From: Actinomycetota bacterium
GTDB taxonomy: Bacteria > Actinomycetota > Actinomycetes > S36-B12 > UBA5976
DNA: 64,000 nt
Direction of reading: 5' to 3'
NCBI GenBank assembly: GCA_009923495.1
Contig: RFTJ01000005.1
Coordinates: forward strand, 39,321-103,320
The translations under genes and the position numbers were made by a program. The notes under the pieces were generated by a model. That model was not told where the DNA came from. It searched no databases and worked only from the letters and a program-made list of their open reading frames with translations. Each line of letters opens with the position of its first letter. Within the stretch, counting starts at the first letter, position 1. Of the stretch, positions 21,014 through 30,655 are shown one piece after another.

Positions 21014-21052
21014 TGTTGCGCAAAGTGACTTGAAATGTTTCCCGCGTGTTAC
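21014..21052 (-). promoter_or_regulatory. Candidate GlnR box upstream of amtB
   Basis: The minus strand reads GTAAC-acgcgg-GAAAC-atttcaa-GTCAC-tttgcg-CAACA, 106-144 nt upstream of the amtB start. It resembles the actinomycete GlnR a-site/b-site consensus gTnAc-n6-GaAAc-n6-GtnAC-n6-GAAAc, which I recall from Streptomyces work. One spacer is 7 nt and the last b-site is degenerate. Confidence 0.4.
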
Positions 21053-21224
21053 AAAGTATTAATCAATGTTAATAATCCGCCAGTTTGATGACCCAAAGCA
21101 AGGAAGTTGCGAGGTTGGTAGCCGACTTCCCTGCCCACTACTTGCCTAAAACCATTTTTGTCGGGGGAAATATCTAGGATTGACATAACAATACGGTTTC
21201 GAATTGCAAAAGCGAAAGGTCATC

Positions 21225-22382
21225 ATGGCTACTCAAATTGCACCACCCCAGAAAGAGCTCTTTTGGTTTCGGCCGGTAGGCAGATCCATACTCGGTGTGC
21301 TGGCCATTTTGTCGCTCGGATATTTTCTCGGTCCACTGATTGGCAGTGTGCGCCGGGCAGCTAAAACACCTGCATATTTAATTACCTTACTTCTTGGTTT
21401 GTGGATGATAAAAATCTTTAATCTCGGAACCCAAGGCGCGGTGATGTTCGGTGTCGTACTTGGATTTATGGCGCTATTTACTAGGCAGCTAGTTCCACCC
21501 GCAATTGAAGCTTCAGTTGAGTTCCATCTGCAACAAACAACTTCAGACCTAGCTTCTTTTGCACTTCCTGAAGCCGATGGCAGCGGCAATGCAATTTCAT
21601 ATTTCTTTAAGGCCAAAGCTCAAGTCGTGGCAATTGAACGGGCACAACGGGCTCGAGTTGATGGCATAAACACCTTTTATCGTGATGTCGAGACTTTCAA
21701 AACTAGTTTTCCTGAGATTGAATTCGGCCAAGATACCGATTCCGAAGAAACACTTTTGACAATCGACGGTTGCGAACTTTTTGAACCGCGAAAGGGGCCA
21801 ACAGTTACTCAGCGTGAGACTCGCTCTGGTGGTCGTCCATTCATAGGAACCAAAGTCGGACCACTTTTCGTCGGTGGAGCTGGTGGATCAACTAGTCATT
21901 CAACTTCAATAACTACTCCAGCTGAAGACATTGTGCAATCAGTTGACTCAGGCGCTTTAATAGTCACTTCACGTGGTATTTCGTTTGTCGGCAGCAAGTA
22001 CACAAGGCATAGCGAATTCAAATCACTTATTGCTGCCCAAGGTGAATACGACCGAATGACATTTGCAGACAGTAAGAAAACCACGATTTGGGGTGCAGTA
22101 TTTCCATCAAGAGTAGACATGTGGATGGTGAATGCAATTATCGGCGCGGTAGATGAACTGAGCGATCGCAAACTAGACACTTCAGGGAAGGCCTCAGTTG
22201 AGGAAATCAAATCTGCGCTCAAAGGCGCTTTTGATGCGACTGTTTCAATGTTGGGAGATTTCTACAAGACTGCTAATGCTGAATTTGAAGCTGCCAATAG
22301 CCAGTTACGCGAGTACCACCGGGTTTACCCAAATCAAGTTGCCCTGCCAAGCTCGCCAGCTACCCACAATCAGTTAGCCTGA
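21225..22382 (+). CDS. Hypothetical membrane-anchored protein (3 predicted N-terminal TM helices plus a ~290-aa soluble domain)
   Basis: I trimmed the ORF 21204..22382 to ATG 21225, which has GAAAGG upstream. Hydrophobic segments are SILGVLAILSLGYFLGPLIG, AYLITLLLGLWMIKIF and GAVMFGVVLGFMALF. I recognise no family motif in the rest. Confidence 0.6.
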   Translation: MATQIAPPQKELFWFRPVGRSILGVLAILSLGYFLGPLIGSVRRAAKTPAYLITLLLGLWMIKIFNLGTQGAVMFGVVLGFMALFTRQLVPPAIEASVEFHLQQTTSDLASFALPEADGSGNAISYFFKAKAQVVAIERAQRARVDGINTFYRDVETFKTSFPEIEFGQDTDSEETLLTIDGCELFEPRKGPTVTQRETRSGGRPFIGTKVGPLFVGGAGGSTSHSTSITTPAEDIVQSVDSGALIVTSRGISFVGSKYTRHSEFKSLIAAQGEYDRMTFADSKKTTIWGAVFPSRVDMWMVNAIIGAVDELSDRKLDTSGKASVEEIKSALKGAFDATVSMLGDFYKTANAEFEAANSQLREYHRVYPNQVALPSSPATHNQLA

Positions 22383-22397
22383 TTTCACGATTGCAGG

Positions 22398-23483
22398 TTA
22401 AGCAAGGAGTCCAGCGACAAATTCTGCTGGCTCGAATACCGCAAGATCATCTGGCCCTTCCCCAAGGCCGACTAATTTCACCGGCACACCAAGCTCCTGC
22501 TGCACGGCTACTACGATGCCACCTTTTGCCGTGCCATCTAGTTTTGAGAGCACAACACCTGTGACGGGCACAACTTCGCTAAAAACTTTTGCTTGAATTA
22601 ATCCATTTTGACCAGTAGTGGCGTCAATTACTAAAAGGACTTCGGCGATCGGTCCACGCTTTGCACACACCCGATATACCTTGCCCAACTCGTCCATCAA
22701 ACCTTGTTTGGTATGTAACCGACCCGCAGTATCGATTAGAACCACATCTACTTCCTGTTCGTAGCCCTTAGTTACTGCATCAAAAGCAACAGAACCTGGA
22801 TCACTACCTTCAGCGCCTCGAACTACAAGCGCACCAACTCGATCGCCCCAAGTTGCTAACTGATCGGCTGCTGCGGCTCGAAATGTATCGGCAGCACCAA
22901 GCAATACTTCTTTGTCTTGATTTGAAATGAATTTGGCCAGCTTGCCGGTGGTTGTGGTTTTACCGGTTCCATTGACTCCAACTGTGAGCACAACGGCAGG
23001 AATGGTTTGACTTCGAGTGAGTTGGAGTGTGCGATCTAATCCACCATCCACAACTTTCACTAATTCGGTTCGGGCTAGATTAAATAATTCGTCAGCATTA
23101 GAAATGTTTTCGCTGCGAACAATTCGCTTCAGACCAGCAACAAACTCGGATGCAGCCTGCGCTCCCATGTCAGCCATGATCAAGGCATCTTCGAGCTCCT
23201 GCCAGGCATCTTCATCAATTGCGGAACGATTAAACACTGATCGAAAAATGCTGGTCAGTGATCCGCGGGACTTGCCAAAGTCATCCGCGGCAGATTTCTT
23301 GCTCGAATTAGATGTGACTGACTGCGATACTGGTGCCTCAACCAGACTTTCAGGATGGTCAGCACCCTGAATAGATTCTGCAGTCTTACCGCTTTTTTGG
23401 CTTCGCGCCCGAAGCACGAAGAAAAGCACGGCTGCAACTAAGCCGACTGTGGCAATAATTATGACCAGGGCGTTGGTGTTCAT
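22398..23483 (-). CDS. ftsY: Signal recognition particle receptor FtsY
   Basis: 361 aa with an N-terminal TM/acidic region and an NG domain carrying GVNGTGKTTT, DTAGR and SKLDGT. Confidence 0.95.
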   Translation of the reverse strand: MNTNALVIIIATVGLVAAVLFFVLRARSQKSGKTAESIQGADHPESLVEAPVSQSVTSNSSKKSAADDFGKSRGSLTSIFRSVFNRSAIDEDAWQELEDALIMADMGAQAASEFVAGLKRIVRSENISNADELFNLARTELVKVVDGGLDRTLQLTRSQTIPAVVLTVGVNGTGKTTTTGKLAKFISNQDKEVLLGAADTFRAAAADQLATWGDRVGALVVRGAEGSDPGSVAFDAVTKGYEQEVDVVLIDTAGRLHTKQGLMDELGKVYRVCAKRGPIAEVLLVIDATTGQNGLIQAKVFSEVVPVTGVVLSKLDGTAKGGIVVAVQQELGVPVKLVGLGEGPDDLAVFEPAEFVAGLLA

Positions 23484-23530
23484 TCGGCTGCGCTTTCACC
23501 AGAAGGACTATTAACTAAAGACTAAACCTG

Positions 23531-26500
23531 TTACACCAATGCGGAGTCATCAGGTTGTTCTTCCCGAACAATCCGCTGACTAATGACATGAGTTACGCCA
23601 TCTCCGCGCATAGATACGCCATACAAAGCATCTGCAATCTCCATTGTGTGCTTCTGGTGCGTAATGATAATCAACTGCGAACTGGACTTAAGGTCAGCCA
23701 AAATGTTCAGTAGGCGAAGCATATTTACTTCATCGAGTGCAGCCTCGACCTCATCAAGGATGTAGAACGGGCTTGGCCGAGCCTTGAAAAGTGCAACTAA
23801 GAATGCCACCGCTGTGAGCGATTGCTCGCCACCGGAAAGCAATGACAATCTACGGAAATTCTTGCCCGGTGGTCGGGCCTCAATTTCAACGCCAGAATTA
23901 AGCAGATCTTCGGGGTCGGTCAGGCGCATCCGAGCTTCACCGTCTGGGAACAGTCCAGCAAACACTTGCTTAAACTCTTTTTCAGTATCAGCAAAAGCTC
24001 GAGCGAACACTGTTTGGACCCGCTCGTCAACATCTTTTATAACGGTTAGCAGGTCATTTCGAGACCGGCGTAGATCCTCAAGTTGTTCACCCAAAAACTT
24101 ATGCCGTTCTTCCAAGGCGGAGAATTCTTCAAGTGCTAGCGGGTTAACTTTGCCCAGTAACGCTAGCGAACGTTCAGCAGTGGCCAACCGAGATTCCTGC
24201 TGACTTCGAACATAAGGGTAAGGTTGCGGATCTTCATCAACCTCTTCATCGCCTGGTGCAGGTGGACTCGGTGGCACTAATACCGTCGGGCCATACTCAG
24301 TCAATAAGTCATCTGGCGAGACGCCATACTCTTCAATTGATCGATTCTCGAGATTTTCGATTCGCAAACGCTGTTCTGCTCGCGCTACCTCGTCACGATG
24401 CACAGTATCAGTCAATACTTCTAAGTCAGCAGTAAGCACGCGAATTCGATCACGTACTGAACGAACTTCTGACTCTTGCTCAGTCTTTGCGGTAGCAGCC
24501 TTCTCCCGTTCCCGTTGCGCTTGCTCAATGGATGCGCCTAAAAGTGCAAGTGCGCTCTCGCTGGCAACGACCACCGCACCAGCTGTTTGTGCTTGGCGAC
24601 GGCGTTGTTCGCGCAATTCAATTGCTCGGGCTCGGGTAGTGCGTTCAACATGTGCTGCGTGTTCGAGTTGTTCAATCTGTAATTCAAGGGCAGAAAGTCG
24701 TTCTTCGCCGGTGCGCAATGCTAATCGCGCGTCGAGTTCAATCTGGCGCACAGCAGTTGCGGCACTGGCTAGGGCCTCTCTGGCAGATTCATCCAAAGCC
24801 GAGTCATCGGCTGGCTCTTGCTGAGCGGAAGTTAGTCGAGCTTGTAAATCATTAACTACCCGAAGATCGTCTTCGCGCGCCTTCATCGCTGAATCCATAG
24901 CAGCTGCCAAGCGGTCCGCTTCGCCCGTCGCACTTCGAACTACAGACTGCAGGCTGCCAAGCTGCTCTGCGATAGCAGCCATATTTGCGTCTGACTCGTG
25001 CAGGCGATCCAGTGCGTGGCCTACCACGATAACCGCTTCAGCATGAACTTGCAGGGCTGAAGCAACGTTGAACTTTGTTCGATCAAGTTCATGCGCTGCT
25101 GATTCCAAACGAACACGGGCTTCATCGACAGCAGCCTGTAGTTCGATAAGTGACTGCGCTCCGTGCGTTCCACCTTGGACTAAGCCAAGGCTGTAAAGGT
25201 CTCCGCCTCGAGTGACTGCGGTCAAATTCGGATTGCTGTTTGTAATGGAAATTGCTTCCTCGCGAGTCTGTACTGCTACTACTCGAGCCAAAAGGTTGGC
25301 CAATGTTTTATGCAAATCTGAATCGCAGCGAATTAAATCAATTGCGTAACGCTGTCCTGCGGCTAACGGAGGCCAAACCGCAGTTTCCGACAGATCCTGA
25401 CCAACAACAACTAAAGTTGCCCGACCAGCTTCATCGCGGTGCAACATTTGTATTGCCTGCTGGGCTGCATCTGGCGAAGCAACAGCAATTGCGTCAGCCG
25501 CGCTACCTAGTGCAGTTGAAATCGCCAGTTCCCAGCCAGATTCAATCTGCATCAACGCGGCAACGGAGCCTAAGATTCCCGACATGGAATTGCTAGCTGC
25601 CAAAATTGCAGCGCCGCCATCGCGACGGGACATGCCTTGCTCTAGTGCTTCGAGTCTGGCAGCTGCAGCAGTTCGCTCCTTTTCGGCTTCAACTTCACGA
25701 CTGCGAGCATTAGCCAAAGTTAATTCAGCATTTGCCAGAACGGCCTGTGCCCGTTCGTAACTGTCATCGAGATTTACCTCGCCCTCATCGAGACCGGCTA
25801 CTTGACCTTCAATTACGGCAAATTCTCCGGCGGCCTGCGCTGCTTGTTCTCGTGCAGTGGCCAATCGACTAGCAAGGCGCTCAATTTCTGAGGTGCGAGT
25901 TTCCACTCTTGAAGTAGCGGCAGCAACCTGTCCAGCTAGTCGCGCCAGTCCCTCGCGACGATCGGCGATAGTGCGAGCTGCTTGCTGTAAGCGTGCGTCT
26001 TCTGCAGCCAATGCAGACTCCGCAGAAACTCGCTCATTGATTGCAGCAGTAAGAGCTGTCCGCTCTTCACCAACTTTTGCGTTTAACGCTTCAAGTGCTA
26101 CGCGTAACTCGGACGCCTCACGATCAATCTCCTCGGGATCTCGACCTGGAGGTACTTCTTCCTCTTGTGCTTGTCCTAATCGCACCCGTTCACGGGCCAA
26201 TGCCAAGGTGGAGCGAAGGCGTTCTTGTAATGCACCTAATTGATAGAAGGTGTGTGAAGCCTGCTCAACCAAGGGATTCGCCTGGGTGATGGCAGCATCC
26301 AGAATCGCTTCCCGTGCTTTAGCAGCAGTTAGTTCGCTCTCAACCTCTCGACGACGTTCTCGCAAAGCAGTCTCGTCTGCGATTTCAGCGTCCAAAGCCT
26401 CACGCAATTGGGTTAAATCGTCAGCAAGTAGCCGCAGTCGTGCATCGCGCACATCAGACTGAATTACATTCGCTCGACGGGCGACCTCCGCTTGGCGACC

Positions 26501-27115
26501 CAATGGCTTTAGCTGGCGCCTAAGTTCATTTGTTAAATCCTCAAGCCGAGTTAAGTTTGAATCCATTGCTGCTAGTTTGCGTAATGCCTTTTCTTTGCGC
26601 TTACGGTGTTTTAGAACGCCGGCAGCTTCCTCGATGTAGCCTCGATGTTGCTCTGGGGTTCCTAGCAAAATTTCCCGAAGTCGGTTTTGGCCAACGATGA
26701 CATGCATCTCGCGACCGATTCCAGAGTCGCTAAGCAATTCTTGGATATCTAAAAGTCGGCAGGCAGTTCCGTTGATTGCATATTCTGATCCACCATTTCG
26801 AAACATGGTGCGCGAAATAGTTACTTCGGTGTAGTCAATGGGTAATGCGCCATCAGTATTGTCAATGGTCAGCAATACTTCAGCACGACCTAATGGAGCG
26901 CGTCCCTTTGAGCCCGAGAAGATTACATCTTCCATCTTTCCGCCGCGCAGTGACTTAGCGCCTTGTTCACCCATTACCCAGGCGATGGCATCTACCACGT
27001 TTGATTTACCAGAACCGTTAGGGCCAACTACGGCAGTAATACCGGGCTCAAAATTTAGCGTCGTTGACGAAGCAAACGACTTAAAGCCGCGGATGGTAAG
27101 ACTCTTGAGGTACAC
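23531..27115 (-). CDS. smc: Chromosome segregation protein SMC
   Basis: 1194 aa. N-terminal Walker A VVGPNGSGKSNV, long coiled coils with a central hinge, and C-terminal LSGGEQSL and FYILDEVEAALD. Confidence 0.96.
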   Translation of the reverse strand: MYLKSLTIRGFKSFASSTTLNFEPGITAVVGPNGSGKSNVVDAIAWVMGEQGAKSLRGGKMEDVIFSGSKGRAPLGRAEVLLTIDNTDGALPIDYTEVTISRTMFRNGGSEYAINGTACRLLDIQELLSDSGIGREMHVIVGQNRLREILLGTPEQHRGYIEEAAGVLKHRKRKEKALRKLAAMDSNLTRLEDLTNELRRQLKPLGRQAEVARRANVIQSDVRDARLRLLADDLTQLREALDAEIADETALRERRREVESELTAAKAREAILDAAITQANPLVEQASHTFYQLGALQERLRSTLALARERVRLGQAQEEEVPPGRDPEEIDREASELRVALEALNAKVGEERTALTAAINERVSAESALAAEDARLQQAARTIADRREGLARLAGQVAAATSRVETRTSEIERLASRLATAREQAAQAAGEFAVIEGQVAGLDEGEVNLDDSYERAQAVLANAELTLANARSREVEAEKERTAAAARLEALEQGMSRRDGGAAILAASNSMSGILGSVAALMQIESGWELAISTALGSAADAIAVASPDAAQQAIQMLHRDEAGRATLVVVGQDLSETAVWPPLAAGQRYAIDLIRCDSDLHKTLANLLARVVAVQTREEAISITNSNPNLTAVTRGGDLYSLGLVQGGTHGAQSLIELQAAVDEARVRLESAAHELDRTKFNVASALQVHAEAVIVVGHALDRLHESDANMAAIAEQLGSLQSVVRSATGEADRLAAAMDSAMKAREDDLRVVNDLQARLTSAQQEPADDSALDESAREALASAATAVRQIELDARLALRTGEERLSALELQIEQLEHAAHVERTTRARAIELREQRRRQAQTAGAVVVASESALALLGASIEQAQREREKAATAKTEQESEVRSVRDRIRVLTADLEVLTDTVHRDEVARAEQRLRIENLENRSIEEYGVSPDDLLTEYGPTVLVPPSPPAPGDEEVDEDPQPYPYVRSQQESRLATAERSLALLGKVNPLALEEFSALEERHKFLGEQLEDLRRSRNDLLTVIKDVDERVQTVFARAFADTEKEFKQVFAGLFPDGEARMRLTDPEDLLNSGVEIEARPPGKNFRRLSLLSGGEQSLTAVAFLVALFKARPSPFYILDEVEAALDEVNMLRLLNILADLKSSSQLIIITHQKHTMEIADALYGVSMRGDGVTHVISQRIVREEQPDDSALV

Positions 27116-27208
27116 GCAGGTCTTCCTGATCGGGCCAGCGGGGAATCTAGCGATGTGCGACTTTCAGTTTACCGTGCCCGCTGGTCAATCTTTAGAAACG
27201 GCAGGCAC

Positions 27209-28072
27209 TTAGCTGACTGTGGATAACTGTTGACACTTTGGGCAGCTAAAGGATGAGCGGTTCATAAAGTGGTCCCGAACTATCGGCCGGCCACATCGAC
27301 TGCAGGGCTCATCCTCTCGTCCGTAGGCATTAAGGTCGCGGGAAAAATAGCCACTCTCACCGTTCACATTTACATAAAGGGCATCAAAAGAGGTGCCGCC
27401 TACGGCCAATGCATCTCGCATCACACTTTGCGCACTGGTAAGAAGTAGGTCCAATTTTTGTTTGCTTATTGAGCTGGCAGGGGTAGCCCAATGAATTTTG
27501 GCTAACCAAAGTGCCTCGTCGGCGTAAATATTTCCAATGCCGCTTACCAGAGTTTGGTCAAGCAAAATCCGTTTGATTTGAGTTGGCTTCTTGCGAATCG
27601 CAGCAATGCACTCTTGCTTATCCCATAGTGGGTCTAATGGATCTTGGGCAATGTGGAATGCAGATTCTGGAACAATGATTCCACGCGCATCAGGACCTAG
27701 TTCCTCGACATTCATCCAGCCAAAAGTTCGCTGATCAACAAAGTGCACCGCGTTCTCACCTTCAGTAAACACACAGCGCACCCGTAAATGCTTCTCGGGC
27801 TTAGCGGTTATCGGTTGGATTAACACTTGGCCGCTCATACCTAGATGAGTCACCAGCGCCTGGCCATTATCCAAAACCAGCCAAAGGAATTTGCCACGTC
27901 TATTTGTGTCGATGATCGATCGTCCTGACAGCCTTGCCGCAAATTCTCGAGCACCTCCGATTTGCCTGCGGACTGCGCGGGGATGCCTGGCGGTTGCTTT
28001 CGAAATAGTTTTGCCGACTACATATTCATGGATGCCCCGGCGTACAACTTCAACTTCGGGCAACTCGGGCAT
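27209..28072 (-). CDS. mutM: Formamidopyrimidine-DNA glycosylase
   Basis: 287 aa with the N-terminal catalytic MPELPEVE, an H2TH region, and a C-terminal zinc finger CSRCGRPI…SFSCPKCQ. Confidence 0.93.
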   Translation of the reverse strand: MPELPEVEVVRRGIHEYVVGKTISKATARHPRAVRRQIGGAREFAARLSGRSIIDTNRRGKFLWLVLDNGQALVTHLGMSGQVLIQPITAKPEKHLRVRCVFTEGENAVHFVDQRTFGWMNVEELGPDARGIIVPESAFHIAQDPLDPLWDKQECIAAIRKKPTQIKRILLDQTLVSGIGNIYADEALWLAKIHWATPASSISKQKLDLLLTSAQSVMRDALAVGGTSFDALYVNVNGESGYFSRDLNAYGREDEPCSRCGRPIVRDHFMNRSSFSCPKCQQLSTVS

Positions 28073-28093
28073 GTCTGTAATGTACCCGTGAAA

Positions 28094-28789
28094 TTACTTT
28101 TCGGCGTGTTCAGCCTTGAGTTCGGCGTACGCACTAGCAGCGGCAAGTTGCTCCGCCTCTTTCTTGTTTGAGCCAGTTCCGTGACCGTAGAGACGCTCAC
28201 CAAGAACCACTTGGGCATGGAACATCTTTTCGTGATCCGGTCCCTGTTCAGTAATGGAGTATGCGGGTACTCCTACTCCTAATTCAGCAGTAAGTTCTTG
28301 CAACGAAGTCTTCCAGTCAAGACCCGCGCCTAGTGATTGAGCTTGCTCAAGTAAATAAGCAAAATTGCCTAAGACAAATGACTTAACTTCAGCCAATCCA
28401 TTGCTCAAGTAGATTGCGCCAATCACTGCCTCTACGGTGTCAGCAAGTATTGAGGACTTGTCGCGGCCACCTGTGGCCTCTTCACCTTTACCTAGTAAAA
28501 GATAATCTCCTAGGCGTAATTCGCGAGCAACGGAAGCGAGTGCGCGAGCATTAACAACAGCTGAGCGCATTTTGGCCAATTGACCTTCTGGTAAATCCTG
28601 ATGTTCTTGGTAAAGAAAGTCTGTGATTATGATGCTTAAGACTGAGTCGCCTAAAAATTCCAGTCGCTCATTAGTTGGGATTCCACCTGATTCGTATGCA
28701 AAAGATCGATGGGTGAGAGCAAGTGCTATCAGTTGTTCGTCAATTGATAATCCGAGCCGAGCGAATAAATCGTCGTACGACGCAGACAT
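28094..28789 (-). CDS. rnc: Ribonuclease III
   Basis: RNase III signature [11 protein letters not shown] and a C-terminal dsRBD (…[15 protein letters not shown]…[14 protein letters not shown]). I trimmed the start from 28888 to ATG 28789 because the upstream stretch is occupied by rpmF. Confidence 0.92.
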   Translation of the reverse strand: MSASYDDLFARLGLSIDEQLIALALTHRSFAYESGGIPTNERLEFLGDSVLSIIITDFLYQEHQDLPEGQLAKMRSAVVNARALASVARELRLGDYLLLGKGEEATGGRDKSSILADTVEAVIGAIYLSNGLAEVKSFVLGNFAYLLEQAQSLGAGLDWKTSLQELTAELGVGVPAYSITEQGPDHEKMFHAQVVLGERLYGHGTGSNKKEAEQLAAASAYAELKAEHAEK

Positions 28790-28793
28790 GAGA

Positions 28794-28967
28794 TTAGACG
28801 CTGAGAACCTGACGCTTGTCGTAGGTGCCACAAGTTGTGCAAGCGGTGTGCTGCAACTTAGGTGCACGGCAACGATCACAGGTAGCAAGATTTGCTGCTG
28901 TGGTCTTCCATGCAGAACGACGATGACGTGTGTTGCTGCGTGAAGTCTTACGCTTTGGAACGGCCAC
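28794..28967 (-). CDS. rpmF: 50S ribosomal protein L32 (Zn-ribbon, C+ form)
   Basis: Not in the ORF track (57 aa, GTG start). Hand translation gives (M)[56 protein letters not shown]. It has the canonical L32 N-terminus and CxxC…CxxC, in the conserved yceD-rpmF-rnc order. Confidence 0.9.
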   Translation of the reverse strand: MAVPKRKTSRSNTRHRRSAWKTTAANLATCDRCRAPKLQHTACTTCGTYDKRQVLSV

Positions 28968-29008
28968 TTTACGCCTTCCTTTTCTTCCTAAATTGGGCTT
29001 TTGCCCCT

Positions 29009-29581
29009 CTAATCTTGGCTTCTAGGCTCGGGTCTGGTCAAATCGGCAAGTGCAGACCACCTCGGATCTGTAATTTCATGCTGATGTTCGGGCTGTTCAT
29101 TGAGATTCTGGCCACATTCGACACAGAGGCCAAGGCAGTCAGACTTACAAAGTGGCTGGATTGGCAGGGCTAGAACTACCGCATCACGCAGTAACGGCTC
29201 GAGATCGATTAAATCGTCCTCGACTTTGAGAACATCTTCGTTATCTAACTCGTCCTCAACTACCCGGCCACGATGATCGGTATCTGGGTACTCATAGAGT
29301 TCCTGCAGATCAACTTCTAAATCGTATGAAAGTGGCTCGAGGCATCGCGAACATTCACCGGTCACTGTCACTAGAGCAGTGCCAGTTACAAGCACACCTT
29401 CCATTACCGACTCCAGCCGAAGGTCGAATTCAACTTCCGAATCTTGAGCCACGCTTATTACGCCAATTCCCAATTCCTCAACCAAAGTCACATTAAAAGT
29501 CTTGGTTTTCATTGCTCCAGCTCGGCGACCCAAATCACGAACGTCTAGTACTAAGGGAACATGTGGGTCTAATGAAGTCAT
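29009..29581 (-). CDS. YceD/DUF177 family protein
   Basis: 190 aa acidic protein with paired Cys motifs CSRCLEP…CKSDCLGLCVECGQNLN, immediately upstream of rpmF. Confidence 0.85.
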   Translation of the reverse strand: MTSLDPHVPLVLDVRDLGRRAGAMKTKTFNVTLVEELGIGVISVAQDSEVEFDLRLESVMEGVLVTGTALVTVTGECSRCLEPLSYDLEVDLQELYEYPDTDHRGRVVEDELDNEDVLKVEDDLIDLEPLLRDAVVLALPIQPLCKSDCLGLCVECGQNLNEQPEHQHEITDPRWSALADLTRPEPRSQD

Positions 29582-29591
29582 CTCGGGTCCT

Positions 29592-30071
29592 CTACGCCTG
29601 AGCGGTGAATTTATTTTTTAGTGCCTCTTGGACAGCTACTGGCACCAAGCCTGAAACATCACCATTAAATTTGGCGACTTCTTTAATCAAGCTTGAGGAA
29701 AGAAAGCTGAATTCAGGATTCGTCGCCACGAAAAATGTATCAACGCCAAGTGTTGAATTCATCTGCGCCATTTGTAGTTCGTAATCAAAATCCGAAACGG
29801 CTCGTAGTCCTTTAACGATTGCTTTGATATCGTGATTAGCGCAGTAATCAGCCAAAAGTCCTTCGAAGGTATCCACAACAATGTTTGAATAATCCGCGGT
29901 GCATTCGCGAAGCATTGCTACTCGTTCATCAATTGAGAACAAGCCAGACTTAGTGCTATTAATCAAGACTGCAACAGTGACGTGATCAAACTGATCGGCT
30001 GCGCGAGCGAATACATCAAGGTGTCCATTTGTTACCGGGTCAAATGACCCCGGACAAACTGCTTTACGCAT
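29592..30071 (-). CDS. coaD: Phosphopantetheine adenylyltransferase
   Basis: 159 aa beginning MRKAVCPGSFDPVTNGHLDV…, with SSSLIKEV near the C-terminus. Confidence 0.95.
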   Translation of the reverse strand: MRKAVCPGSFDPVTNGHLDVFARAADQFDHVTVAVLINSTKSGLFSIDERVAMLRECTADYSNIVVDTFEGLLADYCANHDIKAIVKGLRAVSDFDYELQMAQMNSTLGVDTFFVATNPEFSFLSSSLIKEVAKFNGDVSGLVPVAVQEALKNKFTAQA

Positions 30072-30079
30072 AAGACCTC

Positions 30080-30655
30080 CTACACCTCTACTCTGTCAGG
30101 TGCATAGACTCCATACCAAATTCCCGTATCGCCATAACTTTTTTGCGCGTATTCATGTATTGAATCCGGCCAAGCCAGTGTCGACTTAGCACTGCGCTCA
30201 ACAACTATGAATGCCTCTTGGGAAAGCCATTTGTTGTTGGCTAAACCTGAAATCACATCAACCAATGCCGAGTTTGGCAATGCATAAGGCGGATCTAAAA
30301 AAACTAGGTCATAAGGCCCAGAATTTGGCGGATTTGAAGTGGAGACCGAAACATCCACTTTGCTGATTACCGCTCGCTCTTGATTCAACTCCTTAATATT
30401 TGCCGCTATGCAATCTGCAGCAGAAGCGTCCTTTTCAATAAATGTGCACTGCAGCGCACCGCGCGACATTGCTTCAAGGCCCATCGCACCAGAGCCCGCA
30501 TACAAATCGAGCACCTTTGTTCCGGCAAAGTCACCAAGTGCGTGCTGCACCGTTGAAAATACCGCTTCCCGAACTCGACTTGATGTTGGTCGGGTAACAG
30601 ATGCCGGGACAATCAACCTTCGGCCTTTGTGTCGCCCGCTAATAATTCGTGTCAT
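30080..30655 (-). CDS. rsmD: 16S rRNA (guanine966-N2)-methyltransferase
   Basis: 191 aa with MTRIISGRHKGRRL…RPTSSRVREAVF…VLDLYAGSGAMGLEA…VFLDPPY (the DPPY motif). Confidence 0.9.
   Translation of the reverse strand: MTRIISGRHKGRRLIVPASVTRPTSSRVREAVFSTVQHALGDFAGTKVLDLYAGSGAMGLEAMSRGALQCTFIEKDASAADCIAANIKELNQERAVISKVDVSVSTSNPPNSGPYDLVFLDPPYALPNSALVDVISGLANNKWLSQEAFIVVERSAKSTLAWPDSIHEYAQKSYGDTGIWYGVYAPDRVEV

Noticed and set aside
23784-26462. Multiple 60-140-aa plus-strand ORFs inside smc. Similar antisense ORFs lie inside tsf, rpsB, glnD, amtB, recG, leuC, gltX, the saccharopine dehydrogenase gene and others.
   Set aside because: They lie entirely within long, well-supported genes on the opposite strand and have Ser/Arg/Ala-rich, low-complexity compositions typical of antisense frames. 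None has a recognisable motif.
28790-28888. N-terminal extensions offered by the ORF track for rnc. The same issue applies to rpsB 4564..4596, rplS 12866..12907, trmD 13715..13750, leuD 47620..47766, rnhB 11772..11807, rpmB 33716..33874 and the PLP enzyme 36712..36747.
   Set aside because: In each case an internal ATG coincides with the conserved N-terminus of the family. It has an RBS or a coupling overlap, and the extension overlaps the upstream gene or the hidden rpmF.
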